Source: Mobula hypostoma
Taxonomy: Eukaryota
DNA length: 64,000 nucleotides
Reading direction: 5' to 3'
Assembly: GCF_963921235.1 (NCBI RefSeq)
Contig: NC_086108.1
Coordinates: 109,804,001 to 109,868,000, forward strand
The notes beneath the pieces were generated by a model, which was given only the letters and a program-made list of their open reading frames with translations, was not told where the DNA came from and made no database searches. The stretch's first letter is position 1, and every line of letters starts with the position of its first letter. This document shows, in pieces, positions 37,801 to 49,990 of this stretch. A program made the translations under genes and the position numbers.

Positions 37801-38703
37801 GAGAACGTACCAACTGGTTCCACCATCAAGGACATCTTCAAAGGCAGTGCCTCAGGAAGGCAGCATCCATCATTCAGGACCCTCACCACCCAGGACATGC
37901 CCTCTTCTGATTACTACAATCAGGGAGGAGTTACAGGAGCCGGAAGCCACACACTAACAATTTGGAAAAAGCTTCTTCACCCCCATCATCAGATTTCAGA
38001 ATGGTCCATGAGCCTATGAACACTACCTCAGTATTTTGCTCTCATTTTGCACTATTCATTCATTATATAGTTATATACAGTACCTTATATATGCACACAC
38101 TAAGTATGTGTACATACATATACACACACACTCCCACACCTAATAAAGTGGGCACTGCGTGCATGTTTGTGGTCTTCTGCTGCTGTAGCCCATCTAGTTC
38201 AAGATCTGATGTGCTGTGAAGTACTCCTCCGCACACCACTGTTGTAATGCATGGATACTTGAGTTACTGTTACCTTCCTGTCAGTTCGAACCAGCCTGAC
38301 CATTCTCTTCTGGCCTCTCATTAACAGAGCCGTTTCATGCACAGAACTGCCATTCACTGGATTTTTTTGTTTTCTTGTTTTTTCCACCCTAAACCCTAAA
38401 CACTGTTGTGTGTGAAAATCCCAGGGGATCAGCAGCTTTTGAGATACTCGATCCATCCCATCTGGCACCCAACAATCATTCCACAATCAAAGTCAATTGG
38501 ATCACATTTCTCCCTCATGCAGATGTTTGGTCTGAACAACAACTGAATCTCATTGTAATTTACAACATTTTTTAATGTATTGTACTGTACTGCTGCCACG
38601 AAACAACAAAATTCCTGACATATGTTAAGTGATAAGAAACCTGATTCTGATTCAAGTTCTCATTCTCCTCACAGGCTATCTAAAAGGCAGCAATTAGACT
38701 CAC

Positions 38704-38784
38704 CTTGCGCTGCTTTGTGGAGTCCAGTTTCACCAACCAATAGGAAGCCAGCTTTGGTTTGTGATACTTCCAATTGTCCAGAAT
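38704..38784 (-). CDS. TTLL7: TTLL7 coding exon (81 nt, phase 0-0): ILDNWKYHKPKLASYWLVKLDSTKQRK
   Basis: Acceptor ttccctccacAG and donor AAG/GTGAGT. Found by predicting the missing peptide from recalled human IIDNWKYHKTKVASYWLIKLDSVKQRK; this frame is absent from the supplied ORF track. Confidence 0.95.
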
Positions 38785-39039
38785 CTGTGGAGGGAATTGG
38801 AAAGGTTGGTGAGGAAATGGACAAATGTCTTGGTGTGATTAACCTAGAGACAGTGCAGAAAACATTCACAAGGATGCAGCCGGGACTAGAGGCTTTGAGA
38901 TCTAAGGAGAGTCTGGATAAGGCCAGGATGATTCTCTTTGAGGAGGAAGAAGTGGAAAAAGTGTGACCAGCTTCAAATTCCTGGATATCATTCCTGGAAG
39001 ATCGAATTTACAGTATTTCAGCCAAGTGAACAGATAGAA

Positions 39040-40035
39040 TGTAAGGCCTTTGACAAGGTCCCGCATCAGAAGTTGGTCAAGAAAGTTCAGTCACTCGGCA
39101 TTCCAGATAAAGTAATAAATTGGATTAGATATTGGCTTTGTGGGAGAAGCCAGAGAGTGGTAGTAGATGGTTGCTTCTCTGACTGGAGGTCAGTGACTAG
39201 TGGAGTGCCATAAAGATCGGTGCTGGGTCTGTTGCTGTTTGTCATCTTTATCAATGATCTGGATGATTATGTGGTTAACTGGACCAGCAATTTTGTGGAT
39301 GACACCAAGTCTGAGAGTGCAGTGGATAGCCAGGAAGACAATTAAAGCTTGCAGTGGGATCTGGACCAGATGGAAAAAATGGGCTGAAAAATGACAGATG
39401 GAATTTAATGCAGACAAGTGCGAGGTGTTGCACTTTGGAAGAACCAACCAGGATAGGTTTTACATGGTGAACGGTAGGGCTTACATGCTGAGGAGTGTGG
39501 TAGGACAGAGGGATCTGGGAATACAAATCCATAATTCATTGAACATGGCATCACAGGTACTGCAGATAGGTTTGTAAAGAAAGTTTGTGGCACATTGGAC
39601 TTCATAAATCAAAGCATTGAGTACAAGAGTTGGGATGTTATGTCGAAGCTGGAAAGAAATTGTTGAGGCCTAATCTGGAATAGTGCGTGCCATTTTGGCC
39701 ACCTACCTACAGGAAAGATGTCAATAAGATTGTAAAAGTGCAGAGAAAATTTACAACGATGGTGCCAGGATTTGAGGACCTGAGTTATAGGGAAAGGTTG
39801 AATAGATTAGAACTTTATTCCCTCGAGCGTAGCAGAATGAAGAGGTTAGATAGAGGTAAACAAAATGATGAGGGGTAGAGATAGGGTAAATACAAGCAGG
39901 CTTAGCTACATGAATGGCAGGGGATTGGAGGGCAATGGTCTGGGTGCTGGTCGACGAGACTAGGCAGTTTAATGGTTTGGCACAGACTAAATGGGCTGAA
40001 GGGCCTGTTTCTATGCCACGGTGTTCTACGGTTCT
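39040..40035 (+). mobile_element. CR1 RT fragment
   Basis: KAFDKVPH...SVTSGVP; LELYSLER. Confidence 0.85.
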
Positions 40036-40877
40036 GTTACCCTATCGACATTCTAGAAGATCTATCCTGAGCCCAAGACTTTGATACAATCATGAAGAAG
40101 GCATGACAGCTCCAATACTTCATTAAGAGTTTAGGGAGCTGTGGTATGTCACCAAGGACTCCAGCAAATTGCTGCAGATGTACCGTGGACAGCATTCTGA
40201 CTGGTTACACAACCATTTGGTACAGAGGCTGTAATGGACAGGACCGCAGAGGGCTGTTGATTTAGCCAACTCCATCATGAAAACAACCGTTCCCCCCCCA
40301 CCCCCCGCCATTGAGGACATCTTCAAAAGGCAGTGCCTCAAAAAGGAGGCATCCACCACTAAGAATCCTCACCCTCTGGAATATGCCCTCTTCCTGGGGA
40401 GGGAGTTCAGGAGCCTGAAGATCCACACTTAACAGCTCAGGAACAACTTCACCCCCTCCACCATCACATTTCTGAATAGTACACAAACCTCATTACCTGG
40501 CTTTTGCACTCTTCAGTTTTTTTTTGTAATTTATAGTAAGCTCTGTACTGCTGCCAGAAGACAACAAATTGTGCAACATAGGTCAGTGAAAATACACCAG
40601 ATGCTGTCTGATTGGGACCATTTTTGCCGGAGCGAAGAGGGTCGAACGGTGACCTTGGAGAGGTTTATAAAATTGTGAGGAGCTTAGATAGGGTGAATGA
40701 TCACAGTCTTTTTCACCAGAGTATAAAACTAGAGTGCACAGGTTTAAAGTGATTTAAAAGGGACCTGCGGGGCAAACATTTCCACACAGACAGTGGTGAG
40801 TTAATGGAAGGAGTTGCAGAGGAATTGACAGGGACAGGTAAAATTACAGCATTTAAAAGATATTTAGATAGGTGGTG

Positions 40878-41245
40878 AGATGGAGGTCTGTCTCTACCAG
40901 AGGAGCTGTAAGGTGCTCCTTCCCTTCGTAAACCTGCAGGTCACCCTTGGGCAAGGTGTTCACCTGCTTACCACCCCTGCCCCCCCACCCCCGATCAGGG
41001 TCACGTGAAGCCATGGGAGCAGGTGGTGGATGGTCGTACGAGCAGCCAGTGCATATCACAAGTCCTGGTTATGTGACCATTGACACCAGGGAGACAATCT
41101 CTGAAGAGTATTGATAATGGCTGGGGTCACACCCAGAAGAAGGCAATGACAAACCACTTCTGCAGAAAAATTTGCCAAGAACAATCATGGTCATGAAACC
41201 ATGATTGTCCACATCATATGGCACAGCACATAATGATGATGGTGA
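40878..41245 (+). mobile_element. RTE-related SINE-like repeat (inverted copy at ~36295-36605)
   Basis: gaagaaggcaatgacaaaccacttc resembles RTE/BovB-type terminal sequence; (atg)n tail. Confidence 0.6.
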
Positions 41246-41744
41246 TGATTAGATACTGTAGGTAGAAGGAAAGGAAAGGTTTAGAGCAGGGGTTCCCAAC
41301 CTGGGGTCCACAGATCCCTCAGTTAATGGCATAAAAAAGATTGGAAACCCAGATTTAGAAGGATGTGGGCCCGATACAAGCTCAGGAAAGTAAGTGGGTC
41401 AGCATGGACAACTTGGGCTGAAGGGCCTTTTTCCTTCCTGAATACTTCTATGAACAAGAGAGCAAAGAATGTGACTTAGTTAAACTATCCAAGAGATAGA
41501 ATAACCCCCTCCAGTCAAACGGCCAGTGAGGTCACGGTGTCATTGAGCCTCATTGGATGTCAGGTCCTCCTCCAAGAATTTGTAAATTGGTTTATCATTG
41601 TCACCAAGCTACAGGGAAAAGCTAGTTACAGATCATTACAACAGTGCATTGAGATAGTACAAGGGAAACCAGTAACAGGATGCAGAGTAAAGTATTACTG
41701 CTACAGAGAAGAGAAAATCTGCAGATGCTCGAAAGCTCAAAGTT

Positions 41745-42355
41745 GGGGAGGGAGGGAAAGATGTGCTTGGTGGTGGGATCCCATTGGAGGTGCTGGAAGT
41801 GTCCAGCACATAATTCTCTGAAACTTCTGCCACCTCCAACGGGATCCCACCACTAAGCGCATCTTTCCCTCCCACCCACTTCCTGCTTTCCACAGGGATC
41901 ACTCCCTACGCGACTCACTTGTCCATTCATCACTCCTCAGTGATGTCCCTCCTGGCACTTATCCTTGCAAGCAGAACAAGTGCTACACCTGCTCCTACAC
42001 CTTCTCCCTCACTACCATTCACGGTCCTAAACAGTCCTTCCAGGTGAGGTGACACTTCCCCTGTGAGTCTGTTGGGGTCATATACTGTTTTCAGTGCTCC
42101 CGGATTGGCCTCCTGTATATCAGAGACCCAACGTAGATTGGGAGACTGCTTCACCGAGCACCTACCCTCCGTCCACCAGATCTCCCAGTGGCCACCCATT
42201 TTAATTCCACTTCCCATTCCCATTCTGATATGTCCAGTCATGGCCTCCTCCACTGTCATGATGAGGTCACACTTGGGTTGGAGGAACAATACCTTTATTC
42301 CCTTTGGGTAGCCCCCAACCTGATGACATGAACATTAATTTCTCAAACTTCCAGT
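41745..42355 (+). mobile_element. Penelope-like GIY-YIG fragment with a short inverted 5' segment
   Basis: Homologous to 24147-24720 (ETQRRLGDCFTEHL); ~41745-41800 is the reverse complement of ~41820-41875. Confidence 0.8.
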
Positions 42356-43940
42356 AAGAACAGACAGGAGGATCTGTCAGCCTGATAGAGATACCCACAT
42401 GGTGTGTTGCCTCCCAGGTGCCAGGGATATGGGATGTCTCAGATCAGGTGCAGAATATTCTGAAGGGAGAGGGTGAACAGCCAGAAGTCTTGGTACACGT
42501 TGGTACCAATGACATAGGTAGAAAAAGGGAGGAGGTCCTGAACAGAGAATTCAGGGAGTTGGGTAGGAAGCTGAAAAGCAGGACCTCCAGGGTAGTAATC
42601 TCAGGATGGCTGCCTCTGCCATGTGCTAACGAGTGCAAAAGTAGCATGATCAGGCACGTTAATGCATGGCTGGGAGGCTGGTGTAGGGAGCAGGGCTTCA
42701 GGTTCCTGGATCATTGGGGCCTCTTCTGGGGGAGGTACGACCTGTACAAAAAGGACGGGTTACACCTGAACCCAAAGGGGTCCAATATCCTAGCAGGCAG
42801 GTTTAATAGAGCTGTTAGCGAGGGTTTAAACTAATTTGGCAGGGGGATAGGAATGGAGTGATAGGGCTGAGGAAGAGGGAAACAGAAATAAATCAATAAG
42901 ATAGCGTGTAACAGAGATGATTGAAAGGACAGGCAGGAGATGAGGCATAATCACAGCCCATGGGATGATTTACAGGGCAATAGAGGGGTGGTGCAGTTAA
43001 AACAGAAAGCAACAAATACTGGACTGAAAGTGTTGTATTTGAATGCACGCAGCAATAGAAATAAAATGGACGATCTTGAAATTCAGCTACAGATTGGCAA
43101 GTGTGACATTTTGGCCATCTCTGAAACTTGGCTAAAGGATGGGTGCCATTTGGAGTTGAATGTCCAAGGATATACTGTGTATCGTCGGAAAGATAGGTTA
43201 GTAGGGGAGAGAGGGTGGTGTGGCCCTGTGTATGAGAAATAATATTAAATCATCATAAAGGGATGACATAGGATCGGAAGGTGTAGAGTCTCTATGAGTT
43301 GAGTTAAGAAATGACAAGGGTAAAAGGACCCTAATAGCAGTGGTATACAGGCCTCCAAACAGCAGCCGGAATGTGGATTACAAATTACAGCAGCAGATAG
43401 AAAAGGTGTGTTAGAAGGGCAATGTCATGATAATCATCAGGGATTTTAACATGAAAGTAGATAGGGAAAAGCAGGCCAATACGGAAGCTCAGGAGAGAGA
43501 ATTTGTAGAATATCCAAGGCATGGCTTTTTGGAACAGCTTGTTGCTGAGCTGGATTGGGTGTTGTGCAATGATCCAGAGGTGATAACAGAGCTTAAGGTT
43601 AAGGAGAAGAAGAAACTAAATTCTAATGTGTCAGTATTTCAGTGGAATAAAGGAAATTACAATGGCATGAGAGGGGAATTGGCCAAGGTTGACTGCAAAG
43701 GGACACTAACAGGAAGGACAGCAGAGCAGCAATGGCTGGAGTTTCTGTGAAAAATGACAGAAGTGCAAGACAGATATATTCCAAATAAGAAAAATTTTCC
43801 AATGGAAGAAGGATACTACCGTGGCTGACAAGTGAAGTCAGAGTCGAAGTAAAAGCAAAAGAGAGGACATACAAGGAAGCCAAAGCTAGTGGGAAGGTAG
43901 AGGATTGGGAAGCTTTTAAAAACTTGCAGAAAGAAACTAA

Positions 43941-44188
43941 AACAACAGGAATTCTGCAGATGCTGGAAATTCAAGCAACATACATCAAAGTTGCTGGTGA
44001 ACGCAGCAGGCCAAGCAGCATCTATAGGAAGAGGCGCAGTCGACGTTTCAGGCCGAGACCCTTCGTCAGGACATTTTGGGCCTAGACCTTTCTGTCCTGA
44101 CGAAGGGTCTCGGCCTGACACGTCGACTGCGCCTCTTCCTATAGATGCTGCTTGGCCTGCTGCGTTCACCAGCAACTTTGATGTATGT
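43941..44188. mobile_element. Palindromic non-autonomous Penelope pseudo-LTR element inserted in CR1 ORF2
   Basis: Two inverted pseudo-LTR arms; 13-bp TSD agaaagaaactaa at 43928-43940 and 44189-44201. Confidence 0.9.
44039..44072 (-). ncRNA. Minimal hammerhead ribozyme motif, intact core
   Basis: GTC-CTGACGA-AGGGTCTCGGCCT-GAAAC-GTC-GAC on the minus strand. Confidence 0.8.
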
Positions 44189-46611
44189 AGAAAGAAACTA
44201 AGGAGGTCATTGGGAAGGAAAAGATGAATTATTAAAGGAAGCTGGCAACTAATAGCAAAGAAGAAACCAAAAGCATTTTTAAGTATATAAAGGATAAAAG
44301 AGAGTTGAGGGTAGACATAAGACCAACAGAAAAATGACACTGGAGATATTGTAATGAGAGACGCAGAGATGGCAGAGGAACTGAATGCGTATTTTGCATA
44401 AGTCTTCACATTGGAAGACATCTGCAGTACACCGGGCATTCAAGTGTGTCAGGGAGGTGAAGTATGTGTAGTGAAAATTACGACTGAGGAGGTGCTCAAG
44501 AAGATTAAGGGTCTGAGGGTAGATAAACCTCCTGGACCTGATGGAATGCACCTTCAGGTTCTGAAGGAAGTAGCTGGAGAGATTGCGGAGGCATTAACAT
44601 TGATCTTTCAAGAATCGATAGATTCTGGCATTGTACCAGATGACTGGAAAATTGCAAATGTTACTCCACTATTTAAGAAGGGTGGGAGGCAGCAGAAAGG
44701 AAACTATAGACCAGTTAGCCTGACGTCAGTGGTTGGGAAGTTGTTGGAATTGATTGTTAGGGATGAGATTACAGAATATCTGGAGGCACATGACAAAATA
44801 GGCCAAAGACAGCATGGTTTCCTGAAAGGAAAATCCTGTCTGACTAACCTACTGTAATTTTTTGAGGAAATTACAAGCAGGATAGACAAAGAAGATGCAG
44901 TGGATGTGGTGTACCTGGATTTTCAGAAAGCCTTTGACAAGGTGCTGCACATGAGGCTGCTTAGCAAGGTAAGAGCCGATGGAATTACAGGGAAGTTACT
45001 AGCCTGGGTGGAGCATCAGCTGATCAGCAGAAAACAGGCAGTGGGAATAAAAGAATCCTATTCTGGCTGGCTGCCAGTTACCAATGGAGTTCTACAGGGG
45101 TCGACTTTGGGATTAGTGTATTTGTGGCTAAATTTGCCAATGATACAAAGATAGCTGGAGGAGTGGGTGGATGCTGAGGAAACAGAGAGCCTGCAGAGGG
45201 ACTTAGATAGATTAGGGGAATGGGTAAAGAAGTGGCAAATGAAATACAATGTTGGAAAGTGTATGGTCATGCACTTTGGTGAAGAAATAAATGGGCAGAC
45301 TATTATTTAGATGAGGAGAGAATTCAAAATGCAGAGATGCAACGGGACTTGGGAGTCCTCGTACAGGATACCCTAAAGGTTAACCTCCAGGTTGAGTCAG
45401 TGGTGAAGAAGGTGAATGCAATGTTGGCATTCATCTCCAGAGGTATAGAATATAAGAGCAGGGATGTGATGCTGAGGCTCTATAAGGCATTCGTGAGACT
45501 ACATTTGGAGTGTTGTGTGCAGTTTTGGGCTCCTTATTTTAGAAAGCATATACTGACATTGGATAGAGTTCAAAGAAGATTCACGAGAATGATTCCAGGA
45601 ATGAGAGGGTTACCATATGAGGAACGTCTGGCAGCTCTTGGGCTGTATTCCCTGGAGTTCGGGAAAATGAGGGGGGGATCTCATAGAAACATTCCAAATG
45701 TTAAAAGGCCTGAACAGATTAGATATAGCAAAGTTATTTCTTATGGTAAGGGAATCTTGGACAAGAGGGCACGACTTTAGGATTTAAGGACATCCATTTA
45801 GAACAGAGATGCGGAGAAATTAATTCAGTCAGAGGGTGATAAATCTGTGGAATTTGTTGCCACGAGCGGCTGTGGAGGCCAAGTCATTGGGTGCATTTAA
45901 GGCAGAGATAGGTGGGTTCTTGATTAGTCAGGGCATCAAAGGGTATGGGGAGAAGGCAGGGGAGTGGGGATGACTGGAAGAATTGGATCCTCCCATGATT
46001 GAATGGTGGAGCAGACTCGATGCGCCAAATGGCCTACTTCTGCTCCTATATCTTATCTTATCTTAATGCTCCCCATCACCCCCAATTCAACATTTCCCAT
46101 CTGTTTTCCCTCTCTCACCTTATCTCCTTGCCCGCTCTTTGCCTCCCTCTCGAGCTCCTCCCCCCTTTTCTTTCTTCCATGGCCTTCTGTCTCTTTCAGC
46201 AATCAACTTCCCAGCTCTTTATTTCACCCCTTCCCCTCCAGGTCTCCATCACCTGGTGTTTCTCTCTCCCCTCCCCCACCTTTTAAATCCGACTCCTCAG
46301 CTTTTTTTTTCCAGTGCTGCTGAAGGGTTTTGGTCCAAAATGTCGACTGTACTCTTTTCCTAGATGCTGCCTGGCCTGCTGAGTTCCTCCAGCATTTTGT
46401 GTGTGTTCCACAGCTACAGAGAAAATGCAATGCAGGTACACATCAAGGTGCAAGATCATAATGGGGTAAATTGGAAAGTCAAGAGTTCACTTTATTTTAA
46501 AATAGGTCTGTCAATAGTGTCTTAACAGCAGGGTAGAAGCTGTCCTTCTGCCAAGCGGTAGGTTCTTTCAGGCTGAATTAGCAGTTGACGCACCACCACC
46601 TAACAGAGAAA

Positions 46612-46794
46612 AAAATATATACCATTTCTCTGTTCAAGAAATATATACCATTTCTCTGTTCAAAAAATGAGTACCATTTCTCTGTTCAAAAAATATATAC
46701 CGTTTCTCTGTTCAAAAAATATATAGCGTTTCTCTGCTCAAAAAATATATAGTGTTTCTCTGCTCAAAAAATATATACCATTTCTCTGTTCAAA
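46612..46794. repeat. 26-bp tandem repeat (aaaaaatatataccatttctctgttc), about 7 copies
   Basis: Period 26: accatttctc at 46621, 46647, 46673 and onward. Confidence 0.95.
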
Positions 46795-49027
46795 TAGAAT
46801 AGCCCTTTAGTTTGAAGCCCAGGACATGCCCTTTTCTTATTACTACCAAGAGGGAGGAAAGACAAGAGCCTGAAGGCACACACTCAACATTTTAGTAAAG
46901 CATCTTCTTCTCCTCCGCCATTAAATTTTTGAACGGACAATGAACACTACTTCACTGATTTTGTTTTCCTTTTGCATTACCTGTTTATACAGTACTCTGC
47001 AAAGGTCTTGGGCAGAGTATATATATGTAGCTGGGGTGCCTAATACTTTTTCACCGTACTGTATTTGTCAATGTAAAGCAGAAAGCAAGTTTGTAAATCT
47101 GGTGTGAGCAAAGGATGTTGAGAATGGTGAGTGGGGAGCACTGTGGGACAGGTGGCAGAGAAGGAGTACCAGGCGTGGGGGCTGGCATTGGCACAGACAC
47201 AACCAGCCTGAGACATCAGCCAAGACCATTTGATTCCAAATAATTAGCTTATTGATCATTACAAAATGTCTCTCTGTTGCTTCCCACTCTCTCCCCTTTC
47301 CCAGCCCCTTCCTACTCTCAGTCCACTATAGAGACCCACAACTTCACTCACATATGTCATGAAATTTGTTTTTTTTGTATGTTTTTTTTTGTGGAAGCAG
47401 AACAGAGCAATACATAAAATTACTACAATACTGTGTAAAAGTCTTAGGCACCCTAGGTATACAGGTGTAATTTATAGTACAATGCACTTTATGTATTGCA
47501 CTGATCTACTGCCACGTAACAACAAACTTTACAGTACAGGTCAGTGATTATAAACTTGATTCTAATTCTGAATCCCCAATTTCCCACAAGAGAAAATATC
47601 CACTTCAAGCTCCCCTGTGTAACCTCGGGATCTTATTTGTTTCAGTCTCTGCTGTCTTTACAGTGTCCTGAGAAAACTCACCACAAGGTGGCGTCACTCC
47701 ACAATGAATCCACAGGGATAAAATCCATCCAGAAAACAGGAAACTCCATATCACCTCTTCCCTGTCTTGAAGCTCCTGCCAATTACTCTCGGCTTCACTT
47801 GGGACCCAAGGGTGTGTATGCTGTGGAGGACTTGAACTGCAGGTTTACACTTACTGGCCGCTCTATTAGTGTACCTAATAAAGTGGCCACAGATGTGAAG
47901 CCTAGTGTTGGATCTGTTGCCACGGAGCCCACCCACCTCAAGGCCCAACGAATCAGCTCATGATAAAATGGCGGAGCAGACTCGATGGGCCGAATGGCCT
48001 ACTTCTGCTCCTTTGTCTTATGGTCTTACAGTAGATAGGGTAAATTCCAGCAGGCTTTTTCCACTGAGATTGGGTGAGACTATAGAGGTGTAGTGGAGAG
48101 TATATTAACTAACTACATCACAGCCTGGTATGGGAACACCAATGCCCTTGAATGGAAAATCCTACAAATAGTAGGATTTATCATTCTATCACAGGTAAAC
48201 CCTCCCCACCATTGAGCACATCTACATGAAATGCTGCAGTAGGAAAGCAGCATCTGTCATCAGGGAGCCCCACCATCCATGCTCTTTTCTTGCTGCCACC
48301 ACCAGGAAGGAGGTACAGGAGCCTCAGGACCCACACCACCAAGTTCAGGAACAGTTATTATCCCTCAGCCATCAGGCTCTTGAACCAGAGAAGATAACCA
48401 CACTCATCTTCCAAAGCCCATTATTGAAATGTTCCCATAACCAATGGACTCACTTTCAAGGACTCTTCATTTCATGTTTTTTGATATTTATTGCTTATTT
48501 ATTTATAATAATTATTATTTCTTTCTTTTTGTATTTGCACATTTTGTTGACTTCTGCACTCTGGTTGAGCGCTGAAGTTGGGCTATCTTTCATTGATTCT
48601 GCTATGGTTATTATTCTATAGATTTATTGAGAATGCTCACACAAAAATGAATCTCAGGGTGACAGATATCTACTTTGGTAATAAATTTACATTCAACTTT
48701 GAACTTTGAACCAGAACTAGAGGTCATGGGTTAAAGATGAAAGGTGAAATGTTTAAGCAAAACATGAGGGGGAACTTCTTCACTCAGAGGTGGTGAGAGG
48801 GGAACAAGCTGGCAGCAAAAGTGGTGGATGTGGGTTCAATTTCAACGTTTAAGAGAAGTTTGGATAGGTACATGGATGGAAGGGCTATGGAGGGTTATGG
48901 TCCAGTTGCAGGTCAATGGGACTAGGCAGATTAAGCGTTCGGCACTGACTAGATGGGCTGAAGGGCTCATTTCTAAGCTGTTGTGCTCTTTATATCTCTA
49001 TGATTGGAAAGCCCACTGATGACTCAC

Positions 49028-49162
49028 CTCATCCATTAAAACCTCAGCTTCTTCATTCGATTTTCCGGGAAACTTGATTCTCATCTCGTTGAGAGCCACC
49101 TGTGTTTCTTTGGTCAATTCTTCATCCTGTTCCTTTGTTCTAAAATTCACAAAGGACACACG
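49028..49162 (-). CDS. TTLL7: TTLL7 coding exon (135 nt, phase 0-0): RVSFVNFRTKEQDEELTKETQVALNEMRIKFPGKSNEEAEVLMDE
   Basis: Polypyrimidine acceptor ctttctctgcattttctAG and donor GAG/GTGAGT; 45 codons. Resembles recalled human KTKEQEDDLTSQTLFVLKDMKIRFPGKSDAESELLIED. Confidence 0.92.
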
Positions 49163-49499
49163 CTAGAAAATGCAGAGAAAGATCTCATTAATTCAGGGTC
49201 AGGGTAGCTCAACACACCACCACCGACAAAACTACGAAGCTCAGGGCTACCCCTGTGGGAGCCGTATATTTTCTGCTACATGTGGGCCTTTTAACAACTG
49301 AGGTGAAGTTCTGTTGTGATCACTGGTCAGAGGGATGGCGGATGGAATGGTTGCAGCTAAGTTCGGCAGTCAGGGCAGAAAGGGAGGGCTTTCAAAGAGG
49401 TTTCAGTCCACTCACAGCTAGGCTAAGCGGAGACTGAGTCAATTACCTTTCCCTTCCAGAGGTTTGGGGATCTGTCTCTGTGCTGCCAAGATTTCCCCT

Positions 49500-49990
49500 G
49501 AAGGAAGGAGAAAGGAAAGGAGGAAAGGAGGGAGGAAGGAAAGGGAGGGAGGGAGAGGGGAGGATGGGAGGGAGAAAGAGAGGCAGGGGAGGGGAAAGAA
49601 AGGAAGGAGGAAGGGAGGGAGAGAGGAAAGGAAGGGAGTCATGGATACAGAGATGGATAGGTAAGTTCATGGGAGAGAGAGGGAGAGAGGAAAGGAAGGG
49701 AGTTATGGATACAGAGATGGATAGGTAAGTTCATGGGAAAGAGAGAGAGAGAGGGAGGGAGGGAGGACGGGAGAGAGGAGATAGAGAGATGGATAGGTAA
49801 ATTCATGTACAATGGGGGAGGGAGGGAGATAGTTGGATAGGTAAGGTGATGTTCAGTGGGGAGGGAGGGAGAAAAAGTGGGGAAAATGAAAGAAAAAGGA
49901 ATGAATGAAGGATGATGTAAAACAAATGTTAAAGAAACCAAAATGATAAAAACAAAGGAAGTAAAGAGGAAAAGAAAAAGAAAGAACAAG
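49500..49990. repeat. Polypurine low-complexity tract with an embedded ~53-bp repeat (ggatacagagatggataggtaagttcatggga)
   Basis: Visible G/A skew; similar tracts at 6680-6970 and 35185-35375. Confidence 0.85.

Larger units (their letters stand above)
42365..46060 (+). mobile_element. Long decayed CR1-type LINE: ORF1 SGNH/GDSL esterase plus ORF2 APE endonuclease-RT
   Basis: ORF1 VLVHVGTND...DGLHLN (42418-42834). APE YLNARS, AISETWL. RT PGPDG, NYRPVSLTSVVGK, QHGF, YLDFQKAFDKV, RLHLECCVQFW. CR1 3' UTR ending in tcttatctta. Confidence 0.93.

Noticed and set aside
49126..49141. Alternative acceptors for the 49 kb exon (49139, 49126)
   Set aside because: 49139 gives the wrong phase; 49162 has the strong polypyrimidine tract and correct phase.
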